A stretch of DNA of 64,000 nt from contig JARFYF010000051.1 in the NCBI GenBank assembly GCA_030265395.1, positions 14,062,399 to 14,126,398 on the forward strand, read 5' to 3'. Source of the DNA: Rhina ancylostomus. Lineage: Eukaryota. Under the pieces are notes generated by a model that was not told the origin of the DNA, did not search any database, and worked only from the letters and a program-made list of their open reading frames with translations. How positions within the stretch are numbered: position 1 is the first letter of the stretch; each line of letters starts with the position of its first letter. This document shows, piece by piece, positions 38,869 to 51,177 of this stretch. A program made the position numbers and the translations under genes.

Positions 38869-38916
38869 GTTTCCCAGCAGCTAGAAGATGTCATAGCTGT
38901 GTACAAATAGGACATG
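38869..38916 (+). CDS. KLHDC10: KLHDC10 exon 8
   Basis: GFPAARRCHSCVQIGH-D; tag/gtaagt boundaries. Confidence 0.95.
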
Positions 38917-39309
38917 GTAAGTGGCAGCCTAGTATTTTCTCAATTAAACAATCTTCCTTCCATGCTAATGTACTATCTTCAATACCATGAGCCCTTGTGC
39001 AGTAACCTTTTTATTTGACACCTATTTGAAGAACCAGAGGATGTATTGCCTTTGGGATTTTTTTGTCCACCCTGCTTGTTATACTTTTTAAGGAACTCTA
39101 CCAAATTTATTAAATGTCTTTTTTTAAATTTCTAAAATCATGATCATGCTGCTTAATCATGCTATGACTTTCCATGGGGCCAATTACCATTTTCTTAATA
39201 ATTACCAGCATTTTTGCAATGCCAGGTGTTTAGCTAACTGGCCTATAGTTCCTTGCCTTGTATCTCCCTCCCTACATTTAAAACCTTTGTTTTCAAGAGA
39301 ACTTTTTTG

Positions 39310-39640
39310 TGTGGCTCAGTCAAAAGTGATATTCACCTGAGTCAAAAGATCATAGTATTACAGTGGACATTTGAATCCAAGGAAGTCCAACATCAGAGGT
39401 GCTGAGTTTCAGCTGGGATGTTAAAGCGAAACCCTGTCTGAACTTGAGTGGTGTAAAGGACCCCATGGCATTGTTTTGAAGAAGAGCAGGAATGTTCTTG
39501 TGATAATTGAGGCCAATATTTATTCTTGAGTCAGCATCACTTAAATATCATGATCAGTTTGTGGGAACTTGCTGTGCACACTGGCAGCCACACTGCATAT
39601 ATTTGTGACTGTAAAGCATTGTGTTGACTTAGGTATAAAA
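39310..39640 (+). mobile_element. Deu-domain SINE remnant
   Basis: 'gtaaaggaccccatggcattgttttgaagaagagcagg..gccaatatttattc..tttgtgggaacttgctgtgc'. Similar remnants lie at ~3700-3970 (+) and ~15780-16010 (-). Confidence 0.7.
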
Positions 39641-39702
39641 TTTCATTTTTTGGTTGTATGTTATTGGAAATATTAGGTTATTGAGTTGATCTTCTTTTAC
39701 AG

Positions 39703-39842
39703 ATGTGTATGTCTGTGGTGGATATAATGGTGAGGTGATACTTGGGGACCTGTGGAAGCTCAGTTTACAAAATTTCCAATGGGTTAAACTACCTGCCGAA
39801 ATGCCTGAGCCAGCTTACTTTCACACTGCAGCAGTCACCCCG
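39703..39842 (+). CDS. KLHDC10: KLHDC10 exon 9
   Basis: DVYVCGGYNGEVILGDLWKLSLQNFQWVKLPAEMPEPAYFHTAAVTP; ag/gtgagt boundaries. Confidence 0.97.
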
Positions 39843-40783
39843 GTGAGTGAAATAAGTTTTCATGCCAACTATACTATGGTTGGCATTACCATAGGCTTAA
39901 GTTGGGTTTAAACATCCCCACCAACACCCATCCCTTCCACTCTCTTGTGGGAATCACTGATGTAAAATAGTGAATGGGAACTTAAATGACCCTTGTTCAA
40001 CAGGAAAAATTTAGTTGAGATTCATTAACTTATTAAATGTAAGTTTAAGACTGAATGCTTTGCTTTGTAATGACTTCTGAGCACCTACAGCTGCAACTGC
40101 AACAGCATGCTTTCCTCACAGCTAATTTTGTGGCCTATAAATGTGCAGGTACCCTTGCAGTGATCCCATCCAAATGTATTTTACTACAATAAACACAAGG
40201 TACTTGGCAGGTGTGGATGCCTCTGTGGAGAGAAACTTAATATTTTAGATTTCTACCATTTAATTTTCTTCATTGCATTTTGCAGTGCTGGGCTAAGTGA
40301 AACATTGGGGCCTAGTTTCCCTTGATGAATTTAAATCCATTTTGTAGGTGGTCATGGTGATTAATCCTGTCTGCATAAATTCTAATGTCATCTAAGTCAC
40401 TTTCAAAAGTAGTGAGCAGCTCCAGCCCCAGTGCTGTTCCCTGCAAGATATTTCTAGCCTGACTTTATAGCAATCTGCAGTCTCTTGTTCTGCCCCATTC
40501 TGGGGGGAAAAACATCAGACTGTTGCAAGTTACTCCTGAATTTCTCTGATCCTGATCACTGTTCCAAATAGTTTGCTTCAATCCTACAGGCCACGAACTC
40601 CACTCTCTCATTGTCCAACAAGTTTGGAGCTAGTGGGCATAGAGTCAGGAGTGCATTCTTTTGACCCTGACAATTAAATGGGAACTGAATGAAAATCAGC
40701 AATGAACATGCTCACTGACATGCGAGAAGTGATGCTGTAGGAATTTTTTCTTCAGATTTTACAATCTTATCATTGTCTTGCAG

Positions 40784-40993
40784 GCTGGCTGTATGTATGT
40801 ACATGGTGGAGTGGTCAACATTCATGAGAATAAGCGGACTGATTCACTCTATAAAATCTGGCTAGTGGTGCCCAGCCTGTTTGAACTTTGTTGGGAGAGG
40901 TTACTGAAGAGCCTTCCACAGTTAACACAGTTCTCCACTACACAGCTGCTCAATCTTGGACTTACACAAGGACTTGTGGAGAGACTTAAGTGA
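40784..40993 (+). CDS. KLHDC10: KLHDC10 exon 10 (last coding exon; C-terminal BC-box/CUL2-box region)
   Basis: AGCMYVHGGVVNIHENKRTDSLYKIWLVVPSLFELCWERLLKSLPQLTQFSTTQLLNLGLTQGLVERLK*. The visible spliced CDS totals 1206 nt and stays in frame. Confidence 0.97.
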   Translation, partial: AGCMYVHGGVVNIHENKRTDSLYKIWLVVPSLFELCWERLLKSLPQLTQFSTTQLLNLGLTQGLVERLK

Positions 40994-42974
40994 CTGCTGG
41001 TGAGGGGATGGAGGGATACACTTCTGCAATATGGGTGATGTTGGAGGAAGCTGCTGGGAAGAATACTCCTCAAGGCCTTATCTGCCATAAGTGTTGGATG
41101 CCTGTTATAGTTCTAAACATCCTGTCACTTTTTGCATCAAGTGCCACTGACTGATCCCAATTTTCCCTGTTCCTCAAGCCAAGTGGAGCTTGCTTTACAA
41201 TGTTGATTTTAAACTTGTCCTAGCCCCAAGGTTGCTCCAGTTTTCAGATGCAGAACAGACTGCCTCTGAATGGGGCTATGCTTATAATTCCTAAAATTTC
41301 CATCCAGTTATCTATCAGTTTGAGAGATATTGGTGATGGCTGCTTTTCCTCCCACTTGCCAATTTCTTTCAAGAGCCCTGTATTCTGACAGGTCTTTTGT
41401 TTATAATTGTAACTTCAATTACACTCAGATGTGCACATGTCCAATATTTTCTGTCTTGAACTTGAATTTCCACCTTTTGCTTTCCTAAACAACACCCACC
41501 CTGTTTTTATTAAATGCATCTCAGCTTGGGGAATTGGTATCCCCAAGCCACCAATCTTCCATTTAAATCTTCTTCCCAGCAAGAGCCAAAAATCCAGTGT
41601 CTGCCTTAAATGTTGCTTTCATCATCATGAACTCCCTTTTGCAATCCTAAGGAATCTACTCCAATCCTACTGGATGTCAGTTGTCTAATTGTTTCAGTCA
41701 TGCTGATTTTTGTTTAGTTTGATGTTTTTGTGTGTGTATTTAAAAAAAAATGTATTATTGTTCTTGGGTAAAGGAAAGCATCCACATATTGGACTAACCA
41801 TAGTTCCTTGGTTTAGGCTTCCCTTCTATGGCCTATAATTAGGATTTGAATAGGTGATCTGGGTCAATGGAGTTCTGTCCCAGATCCCCAAAATTCAAAC
41901 CAATGCCTATTTAATTGATGTAAGGTTGCTGATATGAGTTGGAAATCCAGGAGAACTGGGTGAAGAGTTGTCAAAGCTTCAAGTGTGTTGTGGCCTTTTT
42001 TTCTCCCCTCCTCTCAATGTACCCACTACCCCACTGCTGTTCCCTTTACTGAGATGTTTCTCTCCCCCTCTCCTTCCTCCACTTGTCAGTAGTCTTCTAT
42101 GATTTGCAGTGAAATTTGCCAAATTCTCACTTTTGCAAATCAGCTCACACTTTTGTTTTGGACTGGCTGTTCAGACACTTTCCCACCCTGTCCCATCCAA
42201 TGTAACTAGTGGAAGTAAGTTTGTGTACCTGTCCTTCAGTTTTAGCTTTCTTTTGTGACTTGCATTGCTCTATCTCATCTGTGAACAGTGCAGCAACTAA
42301 ATAAAGTAAGTGCTGTCCTTTTTTTTTATGGGTTCCTCTCTATCATGAGCCTTTGGTGGACAGTGCATATTAGTTCTGTAGTAAATTTTGTCTATGATTA
42401 ACATCTCACTGTCTTGTTCTTAGGTTTTGAATACTTCCACTTGTGATATCTTTTATCTTTAAACCTCTTGTGTCAATTAGCCAGCCATCAACTCCTCACA
42501 GTATCGTAGATCTTGGCATATGTCTTGTGGGTTAACTGTGGCTAGTAAATCGATTAGAACTTTTACAACCCAAAAACAAAAAGCAGCAACAGGGTCTCCA
42601 GTGAGTGCTGAGGGAGAAGAAAATCTGATCAACTTTCACCAAAGGTGAAAGCTAAATGTTGGCATGGTACCAGTGCCTCTTGTGGAGAGCATTTGTTTTG
42701 AACCTACTGTTCTCTGAATGTAGCTATCAGGTTTTGAACTATTCCTGCTCTGGTCTTGAAGCAATTGGCTTCCTTGAAAGGGGGACTATTTTAATGAATG
42801 TTTGGAATTTTAAAACTTACTAGAAGTTGAACTGAGCTGAGGCTTTATTCAAGAAACCCATTTTTAAAAAAAGATGGGATCAAAGTAAGTGGGTTAGTTC
42901 CTTTTTTTAAATTGTTTGGATGACCAGATTTAATTTTTTTTTAAGGTTTTCTTCCCCCCCCTTTTGTAAAAATC

Positions 42975-42980
42975 AATAAA
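42975..42980 (+). terminator. Probable KLHDC10 polyadenylation signal (3' UTR about 2 kb)
   Basis: AATAAA followed by a T/GT-rich tract at the end of a stretch with no obvious repeats; a second AATAAA lies at 42300. Confidence 0.55.
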
Positions 42981-44589
42981 GCATGATTGAATCGATTGAA
43001 TTTCATCACTACTTTTTAAAGTACTTTGTGGTTTNNNNNNNNNNTTCTTTTTTGCCACTGATAGACAGGCTCCTGTACTGAATTACACCAATTTAACTTA
43101 AGTATTTTGTATCATGAGGTATGAACTGCTGCTCCATAAGAAATCAATGTCACAGTTTATATTTTAAGACTATAGGTACCTAGAAATGTGACAGGGCACC
43201 TGTCAAAAGGTGGCTAACATCCCAAAATATTACTCTTTGCCTAGATGGGTTCCTTCTGCCTCTATAGTTAATTATTGAGTTTTATTGATCATTACAGCTT
43301 CAAGGCAGATATATGGGTGTTTTTCCAGTACTTAACAAATTAGCCAGATTATCTTCTGTACTTGAAGCAAAGTAAACTTATGCAGATCACACTGGGACTG
43401 AGGTGGAGAGAGTGTCATAGTTACAGATTTGACATCAATAGTAACAACATACAATGTGTACCAATAGCTGTCTAAATGCAATTTCATTTAGTTCATTTAT
43501 ACTTAGTGTTCCTTGCATAGTTTAAATGCCAACCCAGCATTCCCATCCTGTTTCACTAATGTTATCCACTTCATGATCTAAAGTTTATCTTGTGTTTTGA
43601 ATCTTCAGGTTAATGTCCTGGTGAAAGGTCTTGAGCTTAAATGTCAACTTTCAGGGAGGAAGTGTCCAGATCTATTTTAGGTTTACCTCATGCTGAATTA
43701 GTTAGATTTACATGGTACAGATTTCTGTACGATTTAGGTGTCTAAAAAGTACCACAAAGCAGTGTGAATGAACTAGCTATTTGTATTGCCAATAGCAGTT
43801 TAATCTTGACCAGTTCTTTAGGTTGATGGGTGAAGCAGTGCTAGTGAAATACACCTTTGCAACTGAGTCAGCATAGGCTGTATTGGCTTAGTGGTCAGTA
43901 CTTGCTTACTGTGCCTTTTTTGTATATTTTAAATCATGGTTTGAAAGCAAACTTCAGATGCAGGGAACAGTGAAGTTTCTATGTTACTACAGCATATTAC
44001 TTTTCATGGGATCTGAGTTAAGGCTTCAGCAACAAAGTTGCCTTTTGAGTATTTGCCTCTCCCTTTCTTCCCCTCCCCTACCCAGTGGATCCTGAAACCA
44101 GTTTTGTCAATTCTTTGTCAGCCTGGTTTGAAACTCTTTCTACCTTGCATGCAATTCCCTGTTGTAATGGTTTCTTTGGTACATTGAGTATGGTGCTGCA
44201 ATACCAATTCTCCACAAGAGGCAAGGATATAAAAAAAAAACAGCCCAGAGATCACTATTTAACTTGTTCAGTTTGACAGCCCTCCTGCAAGAGCAATCTC
44301 CTACATCCTTCTTGCCTGCCATCTCCCCATGGCCCTGCAGTTTCTCCTTTAAGTACTTTTCCAGTTTCCTTCTGAACACCACTACTGAATACACCTTTAA
44401 CTACACATGGCAGTACATTGCCAGACCCTATTAAGAGCACAGAAGCAGATCCTTCAGCCCAGCTGGTCCATGCCAACTCAGATTCCTATCTAAGCTGGTC
44501 CCATTTATTCACCTTTACTATAATCCCTCACATTATGTACCTTCTGGTTCTAGACATAGAGTAGGTTAAATCAACATTCTGGACCCTTG

Positions 44590-45025
44590 GTTTTAAATAC
44601 CATCCCATACTGATGTCTATCCTTGGCCTCTATTGCCATGTTGAGGCCAGATGCAGGCTGCAGGAACACCACCTCATTCTCTAACCTGTTGTAATTATCA
44701 ACTTCTAACCCCATTTTTTTTTTCCTCTTTCACCACTATCCCCTATTCCTCCCTTCCCCCACCCTTTATTCCATGGTCCACTGCCCTTACCTATCAAATT
44801 CCTCCTTTTTCAGCCCTTTGCCTCTTCTACCTATCACCTCAGCTTCTCTTTCCCAATCACCTGCCTGTGTGTGCTGCTCCCCCTTCCCCAACCTTATTCT
44901 GGCTTCTGCCCTCTTCCTTTCCAGTACTTAAGGGTCTCATCAATTATTTATTTCCCTCCTTGGCTGCTGCCTGACCTGCTGAGTTCCTCCAGTACTTTGT
45001 GTACTGCTCCAGATTCTCCAGTCTG
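44590..45025 (+). mobile_element. Penelope-like element 3' fragment
   Basis: 'ccttggcctctattgccatgttgaggccagatgcaggctgcaggaacaccacctcatt' (EARxxLxEHHLI motif) and terminus 'gctgcctgacctgctgagttcctccag'. Confidence 0.7.
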
Positions 45026-46084
45026 TCCATGGAACAGTGGTCCCCTCATCCCTGGAATTCTGCTCAATCTCTCTTGCCATGCCCAGAGCTGTACAATACT
45101 GCAGCTGTGACCTCACTAACAACCATGTTATTTTATTCCACACCTCCACTTAAATGTAAATAGTTGTTAAATAACTGCATACTTTAAAAATCACATTTGT
45201 ATTTTGAAATATCAACACTTAATTAGGAAGAGGATGCAACTGCATTTAATTCTGCACATCAGTAAACCAAATTAGTGTCAATAAATTGCAGCATTAACCC
45301 CATTTGATTAACCAGTACTAAAATGTACATCAGATTTGTTCCAAGGCAGCTGATTTGTAATAGATTCTGGGAATTGCAGAGCTGTTCACCATTCACAGAT
45401 GTGTGCACATAGGAAAGTACAGTGGTCTTTTTCTTAATGTTTGACAAATTTATTTCCTCCCACACCTTTTTCTGAAATATACAAAGCCAGAGTAGACTTT
45501 AAAAACTGCAAGCAACCCTTCTAGAGCCTCTATTACCTACCATATGACTGAACTAGGTATTCAAAATTGAAGCTGAGCTCTCATCCAGGGATAAAATGGT
45601 AGATAGTATTTACATAACTATCCACCAAAAAAACACATTTGATCATGAACATCTAGTCTAAAACATCAAATCAAAACTGTTTCAACCAATACATCCAGTA
45701 TAGTTAAACATCAAAGTCGCAACAGATTCTCACACCCATGTGGAAATGTCAATTATTTTTGTATCCTGGTATGGAGGTACAGGGTGGAATATGATAAATG
45801 AAGTGAGCAATAGATGCAAAGCCATAGTTCATTAATGTTACCTGAAGCTTTTCAGCCAATTCTCAACTCTACTGTGGAATATCACTATCAATTACATAAG
45901 ATTTAATCTGAATTACAAAGCATCAAATTGATTAAAAAAAGTGTGTTCATGATCAAGATGCCTGGCAAATTGTTTCCCCTCAAACCCAAGAACAGTGGCA
46001 TCCATTGCAATAGGCTCTCCACTAGGTTTTAGCTTAGACATCTATAATTTCATGTGTTAAATTTCAGTTATTAGAGATACATAT

Positions 46085-46090
46085 TTTATT
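46085..46090 (-). terminator. Candidate polyadenylation signal of the CAX gene
   Basis: AATAAA on the minus strand, ~580 nt downstream of the stop codon. Confidence 0.35.
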
Positions 46091-46666
46091 TTAAATAACT
46101 TATGAAATTGCTTCTATAAATACACCTAACTACTTAGTCCTTCCAGTGTATAGCAAGTTATTTAAGTAGTGCACAATTTTCCCCCCGAAGTTGTTTTTAA
46201 ATCAAGTTTTAGCATATTCATTTACACTTTGCCTCCACCAAAGCAAAAAAAAACAGGAAATCACATTTAAATCAAATAGCAGCCAATGGAATCACAACCA
46301 GAAATCTTTAGGTAAGGTAGTTGTTAGATTTCACTAGACAACACTGCTTCACTGGGAGTCTTGCAAAACAGAACTTCTTCCCTAGAAGAATCAGAATTAT
46401 TTAAACAAATTCTTCTCTCCCAACCAAATGAGAAGTTGGTTACTGGGACACAAGTTGGAGGATTATACCATAGGTTAATCTTAAATTGTGCTGATAGAGG
46501 GATCTGTCAGTCACTGAGTACTTGCAGGACTCTTAACATTAACTCTTTTTAATGTTGATTTGAGCAACATTAGACAGGCAGAAACAGAAGATTCTTAGGT
46601 GTTGACAACTATGGTAGAATTGTTCAAACTGTCCCAAGTCACATAAATCATTTAGTGAAAGCACAC

Positions 46667-46740
46667 TCAGCAGCTGCTTTGAGATGGAGCGAAGTAATAC
46701 ATGGCCATGATGATGAGGTAGACTACCACCAATGCTGTGC
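46667..46740 (-). CDS. Cation/H+ exchanger (CAX/VNX1-like), last coding exon
   Basis: G-TALVVVYLIIMAMYYFAPSQSSC*; acceptor ccttgcag; final TM helix of the CaCA fold. Confidence 0.93.
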
Positions 46741-47628
46741 CTGCAAGGACAAGTCAGTGTCAGGGTTAAAGGATGACAAATTTCCACTCCAGAAGATTAA
46801 AGCAAAGACCAACCTACATTGAGGAATGGAAGAATTACTGTTCTCAGCAGTTAGCTGGCAAAGCAAAGATACAGATAATTTGGGCCAAAAGGGCCCCACA
46901 CTAGAAGCAAATTCCACAACTCACTCATTCAAGATCTCTGCTTGGTCCCAGTGTCACTGGAACTCTTACCTTAAAATCAATTCCCACTTCACCTGTCATA
47001 CTTCACTTGGATTTCACACAAATCAAATCACACAATCAATACTGCTTCTGTTCAACTTAAATAAGAACCCCGTTTGAATTTCTCATGCTCTTTTTGGTTT
47101 AATACAAAAGAATGGGACAAACAAACAATAAAAATTTTCTGGCAAATATTTATCTTTGAATGATCAGCTTTTTGTTAAAGGTGTAGAAGCTGTCTGTGCA
47201 CACTATTGCTGTGTTTATTACTCTACAAGTGTGTACAGTCCAAAAATACTTCACTGGTTGCAAACCACTGAGATGCCTCCAAACATATAAAAGTAAACTT
47301 TCATAGACAAGTAACCAGGGCAGACTTGTACAGTTGGCCACCTGCAGAACATAGCATGTCAATTACTGGCCTAACCTGTGCCCTGATGCTAATACCAGGT
47401 ATACAGTGGGGAACTGTTGTCAGGGTAACGTAGAGGAAGCTCTACACTATGCAAAACATGGAAAGCCTGACATAGAACAAAACATTTGATTGCACCTCAA
47501 TACATACTTCCCTTCTCCCAGATGTGGGTCTCTGCAAAACTTATTGTGTGATATCTAATAGCCAATGCAATCTCCAAGACAACATTGTACTATTTTGTTC
47601 AACTGAACAGTGATGAAAGTTAACCCAC

Positions 47629-47737
47629 CTTGGAAATAGTCACACTTGCCATCCATGAATATGTAGTTCATTAAAATGACACTGAATATTGATGCCCAAA
47701 GATGGAGATCACTGAAGAGCAAATTAAAACCTACAGG
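47629..47737 (-). CDS. CAX exon
   Basis: PVGFNLLFSDLHLWASIFSVILMNYIFMDGKCDYFQ-G, matching the CAX DGxSxYxxG-type motif; tttag/gtgggt boundaries. Confidence 0.93.
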
Positions 47738-48322
47738 CTAAATACAAAGCAAATAATATCTGGTCAGTACAGAGGTTGATAACATTGCCTTGGCATAATA
47801 TCAATGGATTTAATTTTTAAATTAGCCCTAATGGTCCAATTAGGGTCTCAATTAAATGCTCATTTCTATAAAACCAGGTTGGCAAAGGGTCTCAACTTCT
47901 GAGTAAACGCTATACATCAACATCTTTGCTGGTTATACTTTCTATGCTCCATCCTGCACAGCTAGTTTACCCAAATCCCACCTTTTTCCTGTACTACATC
48001 CCACAGACATCATCCCTTTTGTGATTGACCTTCAACAGGTCTCATCCTTGATATTTAATTCAGATTTCTTGACCTGGTGTATGAATTCTTCCATGGCTCT
48101 ACACCATTTCTTTCCCTTAGCCATTCCCCACCACCATTCCTCCTGTCCTATAGACTGGTATGCCTTATCGCTGCCTCTCCAATTCCCCTCCATAGTACTA
48201 AAGCTGTACTAAGACACCACACCCAGCTACCTCCTGACCCCTGCTGAATAATTGGAGTGTCACAGAAGGATTTCAGGAATTTCATCAGATCAGTACACCC
48301 CCCCATGGTGTTAAATACTTAC

Positions 48323-48401
48323 ATAAATGACTGAGAAGAGCACCAGCACTGGGATTTGGAGCATACACACTTGTACAGCGATGGAACTTCCCACTTCCAA
48401 G
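48323..48401 (-). CDS. CAX exon (end of alpha-2 repeat)
   Basis: S-LEVGSSIAVQVCMLQIPVLVLFSVIY; cag/gtaagt boundaries. Confidence 0.93.
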
Positions 48402-48630
48402 CTGAGGAAATAAATCAAGATGGATGAATGAAAATTCTACAAAACGAGCACCAATGTGCCTTCCTGAAGAAAATCACATCCAGTATCCTAGTTTTGCAGC
48501 TGGGTTGTACTTTATGGCAAGCACACACTAAATACACCCAAAAATTTTCCTGCAGTTTCCCCAACATCAGCTGGTGAAGGCAACCCATTAGATATTAATC
48601 ATATCAAGACCATCCACTTCAGCTACCTAC

Positions 48631-48725
48631 CTGAGGCTGATGTTGTTCTGCAGTGCAAATTGGATCCCATTAACTATTTCAGGAAGTTCAGGAACCATCG
48701 CCAAGACCGTTACACCAAGGAAGTA
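48631..48725 (-). CDS. CAX exon (alpha-2 repeat)
   Basis: YFLGVTVLAMVPELPEIVNGIQFALQNNISL-S; cag/gtaggt boundaries. Confidence 0.94.
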
Positions 48726-49212
48726 CTGTTTGTAATAGAGAAATGCACAAGAGAAGGAGTTACCAATAAAGGCAAGTTTCAGATTTCTTCCCCTTTTCAG
48801 CCAAAACTTGGGATGTGTCAAAATGTGGAACTTTGAATTAGTGGGTAGAACCACTTCTTCCATTGTACAACTTTCCATAGAATTAAATCCACTGAGCTGT
48901 CATACCCCTGCACCACCCTCATTCTTCAAACGAGTCAATCTAGATCTTTTGCTGAATCTGCTACTTTCATCCATAATCCCAATGTCTGATCCATTATTTT
49001 TCAAAATTTATGCCGTGGNNNNNNNNNNNNNNNNNNNNNNNNNNNNNNNNNNNNNCAAAAAAAAATGGAGAATTGTAACAATTGGTCTTTTGCCACCCTC
49101 CACAGCCGTTCCGAGATTCTCAGAGAAGACGCTACCCTCAGTCAGATGCTACCCTCAAAATATCAAGTCCACCACACACAATTGAACAAGGGGCAGGAAT
49201 GCATTGACTCAC

Positions 49213-49361
49213 CGGTGAGATTGCAGAGCTGGACAACAAGGGGTCAATGTGCTCAGACACCAACTCTGCACAGGCAGACATACAAACAGTGGCTACAACG
49301 AGCAGCACCACAGCTCTCCATCGTGACCAGTGAATAACCACACTGTGGCTGTGCCCTGGAA
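49213..49361 (-). CDS. CAX exon
   Basis: VPGHSHSVVIHWSRWRAVVLLVVATVCMSACAELVSEHIDPLLSSSAISP; cag/gtgagt boundaries. Confidence 0.93.
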
Positions 49362-51064
49362 CTGCAGAGACAGCACAAATTAGCTCAACAAGCTTTTATA
49401 TTTAAAGAATGGGAGTAACTAGAGCACTAACTCATCTTACAGGCTAAATGGCAGACATCTCCCATATCATTCTGCAATTCCCTGAAGATAATACAAAGGC
49501 CAACAATTCAATAGGTATCTAATGCCAAGTTGGATTCAAGTTCTGATCATCAACCTTTCATGGAAGAGGGGAATTTCAGGCTAAATATATGTGAAAAGAT
49601 AGTGAGGAAAGGCCCATGTATATTTAACAAGTCTGACCACAGACACTAAGCTGGTGACACTCAACAAGCATCTCCTCAGCAACAGGTGATGCCATTCAGA
49701 GCTACAGTACCATTAGCATATTGTTCCTTCTAAAACACCCAGAAATTGCTTGGGAAGATGCTGCTGAAGATCAGCAACTGCAGTCAGGAAGTAGATGGCT
49801 TGTTCTCAACTTCAATGCCACTTTCAGTGAGTCAATGCTGAAGAAACATCTGTACTGGGACATTTAAAATCACCATCAACACATGAATAATGCCACCCTT
49901 AGAAGGTTTCTGGATACTGCAGTTGAGGTGACATGGAGTCAGATCATACAGCATGGAAACAGGCCATTTGGCCCATCATGTCACACTGACAGTGGGTGCC
50001 TGTCAGTATGATTGCCATCTTCCTGCAGTTGGCCCATACCCTTCTCTNNNNNNNNNNNNNNNNNNNNNNNNNNNNNNNNNNNNNNNNNNNNNNNNNNNNN
50101 NNNNNNNNNNNNNNNNNNNNNNNNNNNNNNNNNNNNNNNNNNNNNNNATCGTCCTGCAGTTGGCCCATACCCTTCTCTGCCTTTGCGATTTAAGTGCTCA
50201 CCTAGAAAAGTGTCAGCATGCCTGCTTACCCCACTCCCGCAGGCAGTGTATTCCAGGTACTCACTGAAAAAAGATCCCCCTCAGTTCCCCTCCAAATCTC
50301 TTACCCCAAGTCCATGTCCTCTAGTTTTATCTACCTCTGATATGGGGAAGTTTCCTGCAGTCCACCCTATCTATACCCATTACAAATTTTACACACCTCA
50401 ACTATGTCCCCTCGTGACTTCTACTGCTCCACAGAAAATAGACTTAGTATTAAGAGGACAGACTGGAGACACTATCAGGTTTCTAGCCAAGCAAGAATCC
50501 ATTGCCCAACACAACCCATGAAGACATGATAATCTGGAGTGTTTTGCTGGAAGTTTACATAACCATTTTCCTCAGCCAAGAGTTAAGAGGCCATCGCTTC
50601 CTTTGAGCCTGCTCCACCATGTTGAAGTACATTCCATAAACTGATTGGGTGTAAAAGTGGCATTCATGGAGGGGTATTTTTTTTTTTTGGAAATTTCTCT
50701 ACACTTGAAGCCTGATTGTCTTGCATTAACAGGAAGTATCATTTCAAAATCCAAATGAACAGATTTTATGTGGGGAGGGGTTTGGGGGACAAAACATTTT
50801 AGGAATTGTGATCATCTTTCCTCCAGCTACCGAGCAAGTGATTTATCAATAGCATTAACGGGATGTGAGGCAAGCATGCAATTCCCCATCTCACTGAACG
50901 TTCAACTGAGTGAAAGAACTTGGGTTGATACAAGGGTACACCTTTAACCAGAAGAGGGCAGCGCGCAAGAAGGGATGATTCCTGCATGCTGCCAACACAT
51001 TACATGTTACTGGTCAGCTAGGAAAAGAATGCAACTTCCCAAAGCTGGATGAAGAGGTACTTAC

Positions 51065-51177
51065 CATGACAGTCACTGATATGAATATCATAGATGTGGG
51101 TATGAGTCTTCAGAGCAAAAATGAGACCAATCACATATGATGCTGGGAGAAGTATACACACGGTGTGGATCAGGGGC
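51065..51177 (-). CDS. CAX exon
   Basis: PLIHTVCILLPASYVIGLIFALKTHTHIYDIHISDCH, containing the CAX LxFxLKTH motif; tag/gtaagt boundaries. Confidence 0.94.

Noticed and set aside
47296-47342. Alternative CAX terminal exon (GGQLYKSALVTCL*) after a ctgcag acceptor
   Set aside because: It lacks the final TM helix; exon 46667-46740 fits the family C-terminus far better.
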